Source: Vicugna vicugna (Eukaryota). Taken from it: 64,000 nt of DNA. How positions within the stretch are numbered: the first letter of the stretch is position 1; each line of letters begins with the position of its first letter. Below, piece by piece: positions 48,473 through 63,100 of the stretch. Where the stretch lies: NCBI GenBank assembly GCA_013265495.1, contig MU058418.1, forward strand, positions 1,638,917 through 1,702,916. The letters run 5' to 3'. The translations under genes and the position numbers were made by a program. The notes under the pieces are model-generated. The model was not told the origin of the DNA, ran no database searches, and saw only the letters and a program-made list of their open reading frames with translations.

Positions 48473-50774
48473 AGTGGTCTTAGTCTTTGAGAGCTTCTCT
48501 GCTCTATTTCTGTATCCCTCCCTGTCATTCCTCTCAGTGTCTTTCTAGACCTTTGGTGACTTCATGTTACTCAAAGTTCCCTCACTACATAACTTACCTG
48601 AGCCTACCCAACTTCCTACCTGCTCCTCACAATACCACTGTTCCTCTTAGAATAACCAGTAGGTATGAGGAAGAAAATAGGCTTCTTAAACTAACTCACA
48701 CTTACTGTATGAGAGACTGATACCTCATATTAATTTATCTATTAGTCTGTCTCAATAGAATGTTTGCCTTTTTTGTTCACTGCTGTATTTCCAATGCCTT
48801 AGTGTCCAGCACACAGTAGACCCTCAATAAGAATGTACCACATAAGTGAACTCCACAGAGATGTTTCCATTAAACAAAATAAGCTTAACTCTGCTGAAAG
48901 CTTAAAAATGAATTTCAGTTCAATACGCAGATTATAAAAGATTTGGTCATCTAGAGAAACATTTTTGGAGGCTTTGGGGTCACTATTTAGGCAGGCAGGT
49001 TCTGCTTGGGAGTCACCTTGTCCTTGGTTCCTGCTCTACTGAGCAACTTCTATTTTTCATAGTTTCTTCTCTTCTTCTGCATGGGAACCCCAGATATTTC
49101 CAAGCTCCTTTGATTTTTCTGTTCCTGCTATCTTGAACTACCAAGATAGCAGCTATACAGGTTTGGGCAATGGTATATACATGGCTTACTTGTTAAGTCA
49201 GGCAGGTACTTACAAGTCAGACACTGCCTGTATATATACCATTGTTTGACAAATTCATGAAATTTTGTAACCCAATTTGGCTTTAAACATCCTCAGGCTT
49301 ATAGAAAGTGAAATGACAGAAAAGAAAGTGTCTGTTGAGATATCAAAGTCAAATGGAAGAATTCATTCATTACAACTTTTCAGCATTCTTGTTGAGTTAA
49401 ATAAGAAGGAAGGGGTTTAATTTGGAATAGGATGAGGTTCAGGAAAAAGGTGAGTGCACTGGGAAATTGAGAATTAGGACTTTACCCCATATGTTCTTAG
49501 GAGATACTGAAGGTTTTTAAAAAGGAAAAAAAGGAAATGATACTAACTTTAAAAAAATAACGGAAGATATTTAATATATAACATATTCAGGTAGAAAATA
49601 TTTCTCAGGCTAGGTATACATACTATATTATGTAATTTTTAAAATAGTTTTTTTTTTGAGAGACTGGGTTTCATCTGTACCTAAAGACAAATGTAAACAT
49701 ATTTTTTAAATTCTCAGAGTGCTTCTGTTTGTGGGTACAAGGCAGGAACTGGTTTTAATATGTAAACTATTATTTTAAATCCAAGGAATGTATTAGTCTG
49801 GCATAATATAAAAATTAACTTTTTAAAATAGATTAAAATCAAACTAATATCTTCAACTTATCCTTGATGGAATGAATTCTTAAGTCTTTACTTCCTATAT
49901 AAAACTGAATTTACCCATAGTTTAAATCTTTAGGCTAAATGCATATTAGTCATTAACTTAACCATGTCTGAATTTTGAATGTTTTATTCAAACTAGAGAT
50001 AATTCTGATTCAAAAAAGCAAAATTATAATGACAGTATTCTAAAATCTTTTAGTCAAGTTATTTTTTGCGTATAACAGCTATCCTGACCTCCCTATCCGT
50101 GCCCCCTCACCAGGATCATTACTACCAAGCAGTAAATAGAGTTCTACATTATGTGCTTTTCTTACACAGCTCAAAGAACCCCCGCTCAGTTCCTTTGTGA
50201 CAGTCTTTAGTTGTGGGTCCTTTAATCCTTTAAATTACCTTCTTTCTTTGCCTCCTTCTGAGATCTCCCGTTTTCCAAGAGGGTATTAGGCTGTAGATCC
50301 TTAATCTGGTCACAAAGTACAAAGCCACATCTAAAGACCACTTGTATGCTATTAAGCATTTTAGAAATTAAATGTCATTCACTGAACCTTCTCATCTGTT
50401 CTTCTGCACTCCAAAATTCTCACTGCACCTCTGTAGGCCATTTTCCCCTTTGCCCAAAGGGTGTAGGTACATTCCAGGCACTGTAGTTCAACAAACAAAG
50501 ATATTTATTTTTACTTATCACGGCTATCTTTCTTTTTAGCTAAAAATACTAAAAAAAGAAAAGAAAAGAAAAAAGAAAAAAGAATAACAGAACTTTAAAA
50601 ATTATGTGTTTTTTTTTTTAACATGAGCTTTTAGTTTGAACAGAATTCAAGATCATTTCTTTGTGGTAACAGAAAATCAGATTTTCCTCATTTTTGGCAA
50701 ATAATTGAGAAATATTAAAATAAGATTTTATCCTATTACAAGTTGGAGAAGGGAGTATTCTTTTTTAATTTATT

Positions 50775-50847
50775 ATATTTCTAATTTAAAAATATAATTT
50801 AAAAAATATTTCTAATTTAAAAAATATATCTAATTTTAAAAATATAT
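50775..50847. repeat. AT-rich imperfect tandem repeat (unit ~ATTTCTAATTTAAAAAAT)
   Basis: About four degenerate copies read directly. Confidence 0.75.
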
Positions 50848-53800
50848 ACATAGGTTTATGTATGGATGTTACTGCTGTTATTTTACCACTTAAGAGAAAT
50901 CTTAATAATATATAAACACTCAGCACTCATTCATTCATTATTTATAAATACTTACTGAATGCCAATTATAGGCATTTACTTTCTTAAATCCTATGAACAA
51001 GCAAAAATATCTTAATTTGAGGTTGGGCATCTGTTTTATTTACACTTAAACCTCTCACATAAGTCATACAGATTGGCAGGTAGCTTTGTCAAGGAGCATT
51101 AAATGGGGATTTATCTACTTTACCATCCAATTCTCCAAAAACAAAAAACAAAAACCCCAAAACAAACAAGCAAAAAACCCAAACCAAAACAAAAACCCAG
51201 AAGTATGGAAATCTCTTAATAACCCTTCTAGTTTTAGTCCCTTCAGATTTAAAAAGGAGCAACTGAACTTCATGATTTCTCAAACTTTACCTCAGCTCTA
51301 AAGTTCCACTCTCTTAATACAATTCCCAATTTTATCAAGAGTTGTATATGTTAAGCTAACCAGAACCTGGTCTCCTCCTCCACCAGGCTTCTTTGTACAT
51401 TACCAGTGATTTTAAAATTCTATTTCTTAGGATTCATTCCTAACAAGTACTTTAGAGATACCTTGAAACATTAGATTTGAGCTTTCTTATTCAAGGTAAC
51501 CTACAAATGTATATAAACATTAAATGCATTGGAAAGCATCAAAATAATAATTTGTTGCCATTAATAATTTAGTTACCAGAGTAAATAAAGCTTCTTCCAC
51601 CATCTCTGACAGCACGTGTTTGAACATTCTTGTAAATGTGACTAGGAAGTGTATAGTTAGTGTTCCGGCCCTTTAAAAAATCCATGCCTGTCTGCATCTG
51701 CTTGAGTAACAGTAGTTACCGGACTGCGTAGGTACTTTGCTGTGTGAATCCAGATTCCAGAAAATAATGTAACTATAATCCGTAATCCCTTAATATCAAA
51801 TTTGTTTAAAACATAAAATAGCCTCATTGTTCTCACTAATCGGTTTGATAAATAATTTAACTTTACTTACTTGAACTTTAAAGAGATCGTTTATTAATAA
51901 AATGCCAGTTTTAGATATTACATTTATATATAAGAATTCTGGTAATATTGTTTGGCTAAAGACCATGCGGACAAAAAAATTAGTAACACATTTGAATATC
52001 ACTGTTTCATATACACATTACACCTCCTAATCTGCACACTAGAACTCCTAGTTGGTTTGGAGGATCCATGCTATTTTGTAGCTCCCTACATTGTTTACCC
52101 AAGGCTTGGATCAAGCTTTAAGGTTCAGAGAATGCTCCTAGGATTCCTGCTGGTTCTGAAAGTGTGCTTGGGAAATCTGGTTTAAAGTTTCATTCCCATC
52201 AATGTCAAATAGAGCCTTACAGAAAAGGTTCTTGGAATCACAACGGTTTAATGATGGTCTACTGAATTAGAAAACAAACTTTCCTTCCAATAGAATTTTT
52301 ATTTAGCCAGTTCTGGATCTGGTCTATAAGGAAAGGATTATTGTCAATTATTCTAGCACTTCTCTAGAAAACATGAATAAACTCAATCTTATCCTTCAGT
52401 GACATACATGCCAGTAAGATCAATAATAGCTTTTATCCTAAATCACAAAAAGTTGACCTAATAAATTTTTCAATAATGCACTTTGGAATTGTTTTTATTA
52501 ACAGTAAAGATATTACTGACATCCAAATAATCCTTTGTGTTTGTAATAGGCACGTCTTTAAATAATGTATTTGCTCTCTACAATTAGAACTTGCTTTATG
52601 TCAGAAAATTCAACTTTCAAGTATTCAACCAGATTTAAAAAAATTAAACCACAGTGCTCTAATTTGTGCATTATAAATATACAATTAAAACCTTAAAATC
52701 TTAAAATATTGCACACTAAATTTACAAATTGATGGGTTTTTAAAAATCTTAACTTCAAAAGATATCAGAAAGAAAGCAGGTGGATCAGAAGAAAAAGCAA
52801 AGCGGAGTCAAAAGCAGCAGGATACAGTTCAAATAGGTCACACTCAACTTTTAACTTTCCCTAAGAAGAAAAAAACAAGCTTAGCAACAGCTTTCAGCCA
52901 ATCAGAAAGCTGACAAACAGATAAGGACTCAACTGCTCCAGATACCAATGAAGTCCAACTTTCAGTGTTTTTTTGTTTGTTTCATTTTTTGTTTTTAAAT
53001 CATACAGTATCAGAGCAGAGCACAAGCTGTAAAACAGGATATAGTGTCCTGGGTTAAAAGTAGCATAAAGATAAAATCTCTTCACCAACCCTTTACAAAA
53101 TACTTCAGATTTTAATAGTATAGTGATAATTTTGTTTTCATCCTTATTGTGCCGGATACTATATAGTTACCTTTAAAATATTCATGTATTTGTAATAAAA
53201 TACAGAATTTCATGGGAAATTTTATTTCTTGTTTGTGGACAGAAGATAAGGGTCCAAATTGTATAAGAAAAGAATTCTTCTTTTTAAATTCCCAAATACT
53301 TAATTTCCAAAATTCATAGGGGTTTGGCAGGTGAGGGGGGAACCTAACAAGGAAATGCTACAGTCCAAATCCAAAACCGTAAAATATAACTAAAAACAAC
53401 CACATACAAATACAACCTTCAAAACAAGCAAGTAAACAAATTGCACAGTGCCATTCTTTGTAATTTTTTTCTCCCTATTTCTACCACTCAATACATATCC
53501 TTTGAGAGAATAAAGTTTTCCTAGGATTTAGAAGGGATTTTCAAAGAGTTACAGATTTCATCATTGTAATGTTAAGTGCAAACCTTAGTATTTGTTCAAA
53601 CTGACAGAGTATTACTTGCAATAGAGACACAAAAACACTGTGAAATAATAGTTAATAATTTTCTTCATTCTGCTTTTGGCTTGCCAGATTTATAAAAGTG
53701 TTCTAAAGCAGTTTCCAACATTTCCTGTAAAAATCTTCAAGAACTACCTTCTGTTTTTTTCTTCAAGTACTGCTTAAATCATTTGCTCATTTTAGTTCCC

Positions 53801-54679
53801 TAAAAAATACTTTAAGTAGACCAGCTTGACTTGACAGAATCAATTATCTCCTGAACTTTCCATGCATCACAAAACATAGATTTGCTCGTAATACTGTAGG
53901 GTGCCGTCAACAATGTATGTATGTATATGTCATCTCAATATTCACTGTATTCTATATACCCCTAGGAAGGTAGGGGATATTTTAAAAATGTTTGGAGACT
54001 AGCTCTAGGTTTTATTTATTAGTGATATCTTTACTTCATTCTTTTCCTCTGTCCTCAATTGTCACAGATAACTAAGCTATGCTGAACCAAGAAAAGAGTA
54101 TTTTTAATAAATCATTTGGGAAAGAGATACTCTACATCAAGTTTGTATTTTCCTTGGGCTCTTAAACCTTAGTAATTTATGACAGTATTCACCCAAATCT
54201 TACTGGAAGTTTCATCAATTATGTAACAAATCTATATACCAGGGACTGGATGTGTATGTTTTTGTAAATTCACAAACCTCTATATGTATAGATAAATTGG
54301 GCCTATTTATTCAACAATCATTCAATCTATATTAATTAAGCATCTACTATGAGCCAGGAATTTTTTTTTCCTTCCCAGTCTATCTTCCTTGAAACCAATA
54401 TCCACATCTTCTTCCTTTCTTTACCCTCTTATTATTTCACATAGTGATCCACCTACTATAGTCTTTCTATTGAGAAATGCCTTAAACTACAAAGGCAAAG
54501 AGGTATAAAGAGCTTGGAAAGCAGGATTCTGTGTTATGTAAAACATCTGATTATTATTGTAGCAGTTAGGTAACTGAGTGCCAGTTGATGGGGAGCTTCA
54601 AAACCAATAACTCAGATTTTTAGTCTAAGATGTGATTCTGGAAGTAAATGGATGCTACACTTCATGGCTGCAGATTTGA

Positions 54680-54920
54680 TAATATTAGAAGAGCTAACAC
54701 ATAGTCTAGTTAGTATGTGTCAGGTATTCTAAACATTTCACATACGTTTTACCTCATTTAAACCTCATAATAACTGTGTAGGTAGATGCTATCTTCATTT
54801 TAGAAATGGGAACCTGTGAGGCCAAGAGGTTAAATACTTAACCCAAGGTCATAGCAAGCAAGGGGCTTGAGTAAAGGTTACAACTCAAGCCTGTGACTCC
54901 AAAGGCATGTTCTTTCTACT
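54680..54920 (-). mobile_element. MIR SINE
   Basis: CTCATTTAAACCTCATAATAAC...CATTTTAGAAATGGG...CCCAAGGTCA. Confidence 0.6.
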
Positions 54921-57081
54921 TTACCATTATGTTGCCTGATAGTGTTTTAATTTCCCTTCCACTGTTAACATTCCAGCGACTGTGTGTCCATCAGGCCAAA
55001 GGACCATGAACTTTTCATCTCTATCTTCCCCCACACTATTTTCCCTACAATCTCTTTTGTATAACTGACTGCTCACCCCACCCTCTGTGACTACTGGGAT
55101 TGAAGATTACCTTGAAAAATGTACATTAACTGTCTCATATAGATTTAGTTTAAATTGTTCATTTGATAATAGTCTAAAATTCTTACAGTTTCATGACTAC
55201 TCTGTAACAGAGATTTAGTGTATGAAGATAATATAGGATACTTTTCTATCCTCTCTGCTTAAGAAAATTTTTTACTACAGAACATTTGCAATAATGTAAG
55301 CAGTAAATGGGGGAACTAAAGAAGCAAGAATGGTCCTGAGTTCTACAAGGATTTCCAGAGAACAACTATTTCCAAGGATTATAGAGCTCCATGTCCTAGA
55401 AAGATTTTCTTTTCCTAGCCATTCATGACTAAAGACACTATTAGGCACAATGGAAACCATGGTTTAAAACACAATTGTACAAAAAAGGTGGTTTCTGGAC
55501 AAAATGCATTTGATTCATGGTAACTTTGCTTTTCAGAACGATCCTTATGAGTAGCAGAGATGATTCTGCTTTATTAAATATTTTTCTTGAGTGTGAATTA
55601 TTGCCTAAATGCTAAAAATACTGAATTTAAAATGTTGCCATTCTTTCTACCTCCTCTCCCCATGAAAACAGTCCTTTCCCCCAATAATAAGCAGATTTGT
55701 CTACTCTGTTTTTTCTTAGTAAGGAAGAAAATGTTCGTTATTTTCTTATATAAATTTGTATTCTATTAAAGTCTATTTTGCTGAGCTCCTTCAACCCACA
55801 TTCAGTCTTTAGATATAGTCAAAGACTGACAGATAATATAAACTCTTAGATATTAAGGTAACCAACATCAGTATGTTGGTCCCCTCTTTCCCCTAGTAAA
55901 AATGGCAGGTAAAAATTAATAAAATGATCTTTTAAACACAGCTTTCCCTGACACTTGGGATTAAAGGCATGTGTCTAATTCCTCTGAGTCCTCATTCTTT
56001 GGTCCTGCATTAGCATGAGCAAAATCCCTAGCTCTGGAACCCTCAAAATTTGAGCTTTAGTATCTGACAAGAAGTCATGGTTAGGATCCCTTGATCAGAG
56101 AATCTGGCTTAAGGAGAGGTATGAAAATAAAAAACAAGAAGAATGGGTTCTGGAGAAGCAAGGATATTAGAAAATGGACTATGAACACCTATAAAGGCCT
56201 GAGAAGTGCTCTACATCCGAAGCACTCATGTAAAGGTGTGGATGCTGAGTGATGTGTTCTAATGCACATAGACTATGCTGGGGAAAAACAGGCAGTGGGA
56301 GATTTCAGTGTATCAATAAATTAGGCAACTGAAAAATTTTTGTTTTGACTGGAACAGTACAAGATTTATTCAATGGCCAAAGAATGGAGAAGAAGGAACT
56401 GAGTTCACAAATCAACTTCTCTTCAAAATATTATTTTCTCGGGTGCCTAAAATGATTTTATCCTTAAGTTTAAGGGCAAGGTAGAAATAAGTGAAATAGA
56501 GGAAGAAAAAAATAATCAGGACCTGGGAAATATGTCACAAAGGAAAAATATCTGTCTGAAATTCTCAAGATCCTCAGGTCTTGGAAGGAACCATAAAATC
56601 TCTCACATTATGTAATGAATACGAACCTACATTGGAACTGTGGAACAAAATGAAAATGTATTTAGAATTTTACAGTCCACAAATTTCATGCGGAGTGACT
56701 TGTGCAATTTCTCACAACAAACTTGTGAGATGGAACTGATTAGTCCTGTATCACCCAAGAAGAAACCTGCCAACCTATAAGTGGCAGAGTCAAATGCAGG
56801 TCTGTCTGACTCCAGAACCAGCACTCTTTTCTTTCCACTACTCAACAGTTTAAAATTCAGCTTCTGAGCCAGCTGTCATGGAGCTTACAATCCAGCTGAT
56901 GATAAAAGACTCAGAAACAATGGGAGGACAACACTAGGCAATGTGTAATTCTGTGTTAAATTACATGCCATAAACTGAAAATATGCAAGAGTAGAGAGTC
57001 AGTAAAGGCTTGAAAGATGGGTAGAGAGGAATGGCAAAGGGGAGAGAACAAGCTTGATGAACTCAAGAGACTTTAAGGTGA

Positions 57082-57101
57082 CTATACTTCAATTTAAAAA
57101 A

Positions 57102-57140
<39 letters not shown>
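57082..57140 (+). repeat. ~20-nt L1 terminus plus (GA)n microsatellite within a 16-bp TSD
   Basis: CTATACTTCAATTTAAAAA then (AG)n; flanks AGAGACT(T/G)TAAGGTGA at 57066-57081 and 57141-57156. Confidence 0.7.
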
Positions 57141-57149
<9 letters not shown>

Positions 57150-59089
57150 AAGGTGATTGTCTTGTCCCTGGCAGGGGATGTGAGTTAGTAAGCAGTGGGA
57201 AATAAGTCAGGGTCAGTTTTAGGGAGCCTACAAGAGCCAGTGAAGGAGGAGACTGGACAAAGCAAGAGGCAATAATGGAGCCCTAAAATATTTCTGAGCA
57301 GTGGCATAAAGTGTACAAGTGTACAAGATGAGCATAGGCAAAGGAAATCTTTGTACATCTAAGGAAGTGGTAGTGAGACTAACTTCTTCCCCTCCTCTTC
57401 AGCCTCATGACTTTACCGAACTTCACAGTCCACCCACGGGGATCACTCCTGGACTTGTGTACATGCTCTTCCCTCTGACTACAATTCTGTTCCCTTTAAT
57501 CCTAACCCACTTCTCACCTTCAATTTGAATTTAGAATTCACTGACCCCTGCTGCCTGGGTTAGATAGCCCTTGGATACTTCCCTTGTTACAGCACTTATC
57601 TCTCTGCATTGCAATTCCTGCTGGGCTAGCCAGTCTCCCTTATTAAACCGAAAGCTCCAAGGGTAAGAAATGGTCCATCTTGTCCAGCACTGAATCCCTT
57701 GTCTGGCACGTAATGGGTGAATCAGAGGACGTAAGGAGGGTTATAAGATCAGGAAACAGATTTAGGGGTTACTTTCCCTAAGATTATATGAACAGGTAAG
57801 AAGACAAATACATATATAGGCATGCTTAAATAAGAAAGAATGTGATTTGGAAGATGGCCTCAATCTCAATGAAAGAAATATTCCAAGCCTTCTTGTTTTT
57901 TATCTCCCAAGCTCTTTAGTGAAGGAGAGGGTTGGATCAGGGTCACAGCAAAGGTAAGAAGAAGATATACTTTTTATAACCACTGCTTGAGGATAACAGG
58001 CTGTAATTTTTTTTAAATCACATTTTGGCCTTAAAGGGAGCAAAGAATTTAACAACTTTTATCTAGCAACTCTCTACAGGAAGCACAGTGCTTTGTGAGA
58101 ACCCACACAAGGTATTTCAGAGTATACAAAGATGAAACACAATTCCAGCCCTAAGGAAGCCTTATAACTCAATAAAGAACCACTTATGGTGGAATTATGT
58201 TAAAGCTACAAGCAGTGCTATGGATTCAGAGGAGCAGAAGTCAAGGGATCATAAAAAATGATTCAAGCAGCAAAATGAAGTGACTGAGCTTTGATTTTAG
58301 AAGACTAGGAGGAGCCTCCATGATGGTCTGAGTTGTGGGGAGAAGCTAAGGGCAGGTATACTTTAAGACAGTGTAATGGTCTAGTTTAGGTGTAATTGGG
58401 GTTTAAGCCAGAGTGATGTCAATAGAAATGGAATGCAGGAGCCATATTCTGTAAATTCCAGAAGGCAGAAACTTAAAAATTGATTATGAATTAGAAGAAG
58501 AAAGTTTATTTCCCAAGAAGCTTTTTGCTTCTTTCCACTTTACATCTAAACAAATACTATATAAGGCAAAGGTGGTGTTGTCAAAGATGGTTTTGATGAG
58601 ATGCTTACGGTTGAGATACTGAGGTTATTTTTATTTGTCACTGTTCACTTGTAGACAGATGCCTCCAGCTGTTTTTACTCCATAACGTCCCTCTGCGATT
58701 ATCTTTAGAGCTTAAAGCAGCAAGATTAAGTGAAAAGAATCTAAACTTTAAAATGAGAAGATCTGGATTCCAACACAGCATGTTATTTTATCTCCTCATG
58801 CCTTAGATTTTTCATTTGTAAAATGAGAGTTACTACTTCTTGGTGTCACTGTAAGAACAAAATGTGATAATATGAAAACTGTTAGAAACAAGTAAGTTAC
58901 TTTATTGACAGTGCCAATATTTTGGCACCTTCATACTACCACATTGCCATCTGGACAGGAAAAATATTCATGATAAATAAGAATGAGCATTTATTTAGTT
59001 AGCACTGTCTCTCACAATTGATTCACTGTGTTTCTATGTAGACACCGGATGACAATCAGATAGATTATACTATTAAACATTCATGAAGA

Positions 59090-59290
59090 AGAAGCAGTAA
59101 AGTATAATGACAAAGAGTATTGGCATTTGAGTCCAGCAACCCTGGGTTTCAAGGATAAATTAAATGTCTTTTAGCCTTGATGTCCTCACCTGCATAATGG
59201 GAATGATAATACAGGGACTTTAGAGGGTCAGAGGATTAAATGAAATCACACACAGTGACTGTAATAGTAAGTGGTCAGTAAATATTAGCT
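59090..59290 (+). mobile_element. MIR SINE
   Basis: GTCCTCACCTGCATAATGGGAATGATAATA...GAGGATTAAATGA. Confidence 0.6.
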
Positions 59291-59678
59291 TTGAGAGCTA
59301 CACAGTAAGAGCTATAATACACTGAACCAGCAGCCCTGTCTTACTTAGAATATAAATTAAATAACTCTTTGGCACAGCATTTGTGAAATACTCAAATTCT
59401 ACTCCTCCCTTTTGGTGTTTTGGGCTTGAACAATGTGTATTTAAGATTAAAATAATTAGGTATTGACTCTCTCTTTAAAAATTAGTATTTGTAATGCTAT
59501 GATTTTTCTAATTATAATATTTACTAGGTATCTGCAAATAACTGCACAACCTAGCCTCAACAATTTTATATATTATAAGAGAATCTATATTTTATAAACA
59601 ATACAATGTTGAATATTTTCTCTGACAATTCTTTGGTATCTTTTATTATTAATATTTTTCCAAATAAATCCATTGGCC

Positions 59679-60165
59679 ATGTGGTAGAGATGGCTAGCTG
59701 TCCCTAATATTTGTTCTCTGCTTCTTCTATAGTTAATAAAACCCCAAACCTTTAGTTGGGTATACTGCCACTCAGAGTAAAGAAAAATTATCCAAACTTC
59801 CTTGCATCTAGGTGTGACCACGTTGATAAGCTCTAACCAATGTGATTATAAAAGAAAATGGAATGTGCATAATAAACGTCACTAAAGTGAGGAAACATAT
59901 GCTTATTCTCCTGGTAAATTCTTCTTCTGTCTGGAATGTGGACATGATTCTAGAGCTGGAGCAGCCATCTTGGACATCTGTCTTAAAGATGGAAGTCATA
60001 CACCTTGAGGATGTTGGAAAAACAGAGAAGGGACTTGGGTACCTGAGGAATATATGGAGCTTCTAAATCAGTCCTGGACTGACTTCATTTAAACGAGAAA
60101 GAAACTGTCCTGTATAGGAACTCTTATATTGGATTTTTTGAACAGCCTAAATCCAATCCTAAAAA
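59679..60165 (+). mobile_element. MaLR LTR (old MLT1, I/J-like)
   Basis: TGTGGTAGA start, CTTCCTTGCATCTAGGTGTGACCA, GCTGGAGCAGCCATCTTG motifs. Confidence 0.65.
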
Positions 60166-63100
60166 ACAGAGACAAAATAAAAGCCAGAATTAAAGCTTTT
60201 ATCAGTTGTCTTGAGGATTTGCCAGAGTGAGAAAACAAGTTCAAAGTTTCAAATAATTAAGGAATTTTAACTTTGGATGGTCCTCCCTCTGTGAGACATA
60301 GAAAACTTGAAAATCATTCTTTGCCTAAAATATAAAGATAGTACTACTATTGTTGGACACATGGCTCTAGAAAAATGAAAAATCAAAAACAAAAACAAAA
60401 ACCTCAAACAACTCAGCTACTGATGAAAGTATACTTATTAAATACTACTAAACTAGTTTATGGCATTTAGTTCTTGATACTCTATACTATGACATTATGA
60501 AAAAAATTTTTTCTTTGATTGTGGTTTTAACACTTCACAAGTAGTTTCTTTTCTTGTTAACTTTCTGTTAAGACAACTCTGCTTAAGCTTGAGCTAAATA
60601 CCTGGAGGAAGTGGTACCACAATTTTAGCTTTCTTGTTTCCAGTTGAGTAATATTATTCTCAGTATTTCTCCATTAGATAAGTATCACATGTTTACTTTC
60701 TAATCTAATAAAAATGCTCTACCCTAATAAAAATTTTAATATATACAAATTAATATGAAATAATTATAGTAAAATAATAAAATAATTATAAATCTGAAAC
60801 AGAAAGAGGACCACTGTTCCATCAGTACTAGCAAAAAGGCTTACAGGATGCTTAAAAACTTTCTTTGGCTTTTGTTTAGCACCTGAGTAAGGCACTCATA
60901 CTGATCAAAGTCCCTTGTCTTTATCTACAGGATCCCTACTCATAACATGCAGCCAGAACATAACACTTGTTATATTCCTGATACAGCATAAAAAAGTACA
61001 AATCATTCTAAGTAGTAAAGACAATCTTTCCCTCCCCAATGGACCATAAGTCCAGAAAAACAAGTTACCTCATTTATGAACCATGCTATTTAAGACTGTG
61101 ATGCAACAGTATTGCACTGTTTTCTTTAAAAATGTATTCTTTCAATCAAAATAGCTCAAATGTCCAGCAAGTCCTAAAAATCTAGCTCTTCCCCCCTCTT
61201 ATTCTTTCAAATTGGATTCAAAGAACAGAAAAAAGTATGTTTTTATTTCATACAGTAAACATCACTAGGCCCTAGAGACTACTAAATCTCTACTAATTGC
61301 ATCCGATAGCAATGGCAACCTTAATTTGTGGGATGACTCTGAAGTACTGCAAGATGTTAAAATCCCCTCTGATTAAACATTGTAATTATATTCAGTGTCT
61401 ATTCCACCTCTGATATAATAATCATAGAATTTTAGAGCTAAAATAATTATAAAATAAACTGAAACTAGAAAAGGAATTTGGAGAGTGTCTAAGTATCAAT
61501 ACTTTCATTCTATCGATGAAGAAATTGAGAACTAGAGGTGGAATATATAGTTTTAATGCTGATATATTTGTCATATGACAGTTCTAAGAAACTTAGACAT
61601 CTGTGTGTAAATCAGCACTGGCCTTAGGATTTGATACAGTAAATAACTACTTAGTTGGTATAATTTTAGAAGTGCTATTACCAAAAAAAAAAAAAAAAAG
61701 CAAAAACCAACTGCATAAAAATTTGTCACCTATATTTTCCTTCAGAGATGATAATGGTAAAATGATACCTAGTTGTCTTTCTTTTACATATTTAGTTGAG
61801 GTTTAATAGTGCCTATAATTCTATAAGTAGATTAGTTCTATCATTTTCTGTTAAAATGTAAATATAAAACTCATATAAAAGAGAAAACTCAAAATATATA
61901 ATGGATTCAAACCTTTTATAGGCATGTAAGATGAAAATCACATAGATAACATTATCCTTGCAAATCTCTTTCCAAAGTACCAGACTGAAGACTGATAATC
62001 CATTTCTTAGTAAGTCCAAAGCAGACATTTTGTCCCCCAGCATTAGAGCTGATGACTGTTTATTTGGTTCAACACCGGATGGAGTAACTGGCTTGTGTTT
62101 AAAAGCCTTATATCAAAAAGTATATGTCTTTTAACACCTGAAATACCCTCAGAATGGTGATACGCTCACACTATGAGAAGTCAGCAGGAACTCAGACCAA
62201 TGGAGAACAGACCAGATTTCTGTTTTTCATTTCACATTCACTTAAGGGCATATGCTCATTGAGTGGAACGTTGGGTAGAACTGCCTGATATTTATATTAA
62301 AAATATATTCTGCCTCACAATAAAATTTTTTTTGATGAACAAGAATAGTTAAATTTGCGTAAGTTAAATATATGAATAATGTAACTCCATTGTAGGGAGT
62401 TACACATTACATTGTAGTTCTTAAGAGTGAGTTTTGATGGCATATTAGGGCAGTAGGAAAAACAGAAGGATTATTCCATAGGGAAGTGGGAAAGATCATG
62501 GCCAAAGATACATTTTGCCTACTTCACAAATTTGTTTACAGTATAGACATGCATATGATGTATAAAACCTTTAAGTTGTAATGGCTTATTAACCATAATG
62601 TCCCATATGAGATAACTGAGAATCTACTGTAATTTCTCTTCACTTTTGCAAACAGTAACTATTAGTATGAGAGTATCATCTTTGTATTTTACTATTTTCA
62701 GTTCAAGATGAGGTCCAATTGAAAAAAGTAACTTGAAGGTGAGAACATCAAACCTGTAAATTGATTTTCTATTCAGTACCGTCAGCAAGCGCTGGCTATC
62801 TTTACCTTGCAAAGCACTGTGAAACATCTAAAGTGAAGTCCATATAAAAACATTCTAAATTACCAAATTATATTAACAATTTACATATACAGAGTCTAAA
62901 CTGGTTGGCCCAAATAGCAAAATGAAGTTGCTAGAAATGGGAATAAGTATTTTCATGAATTTACAAACTAAGTTTCTATTAAGAGTTCTTTTGTCTACAA
63001 ATTCAGTTTTTCAAGGAGCTTGCTGATATTCCTTTTATTTCCTAACTAGTATTGGTCATGCAGAAAATACATTAGTCAAGTGAATTATTGTGGCCTTAAA

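Noticed and set aside
52879..52905. RFX X-box-like CTTAGCAACAG next to CCAATCAG, reminiscent of an MHC-II X-Y module
   Set aside because: CCAAT orientation and spacing do not match the X-Y arrangement, and there is no CpG island or exon nearby.
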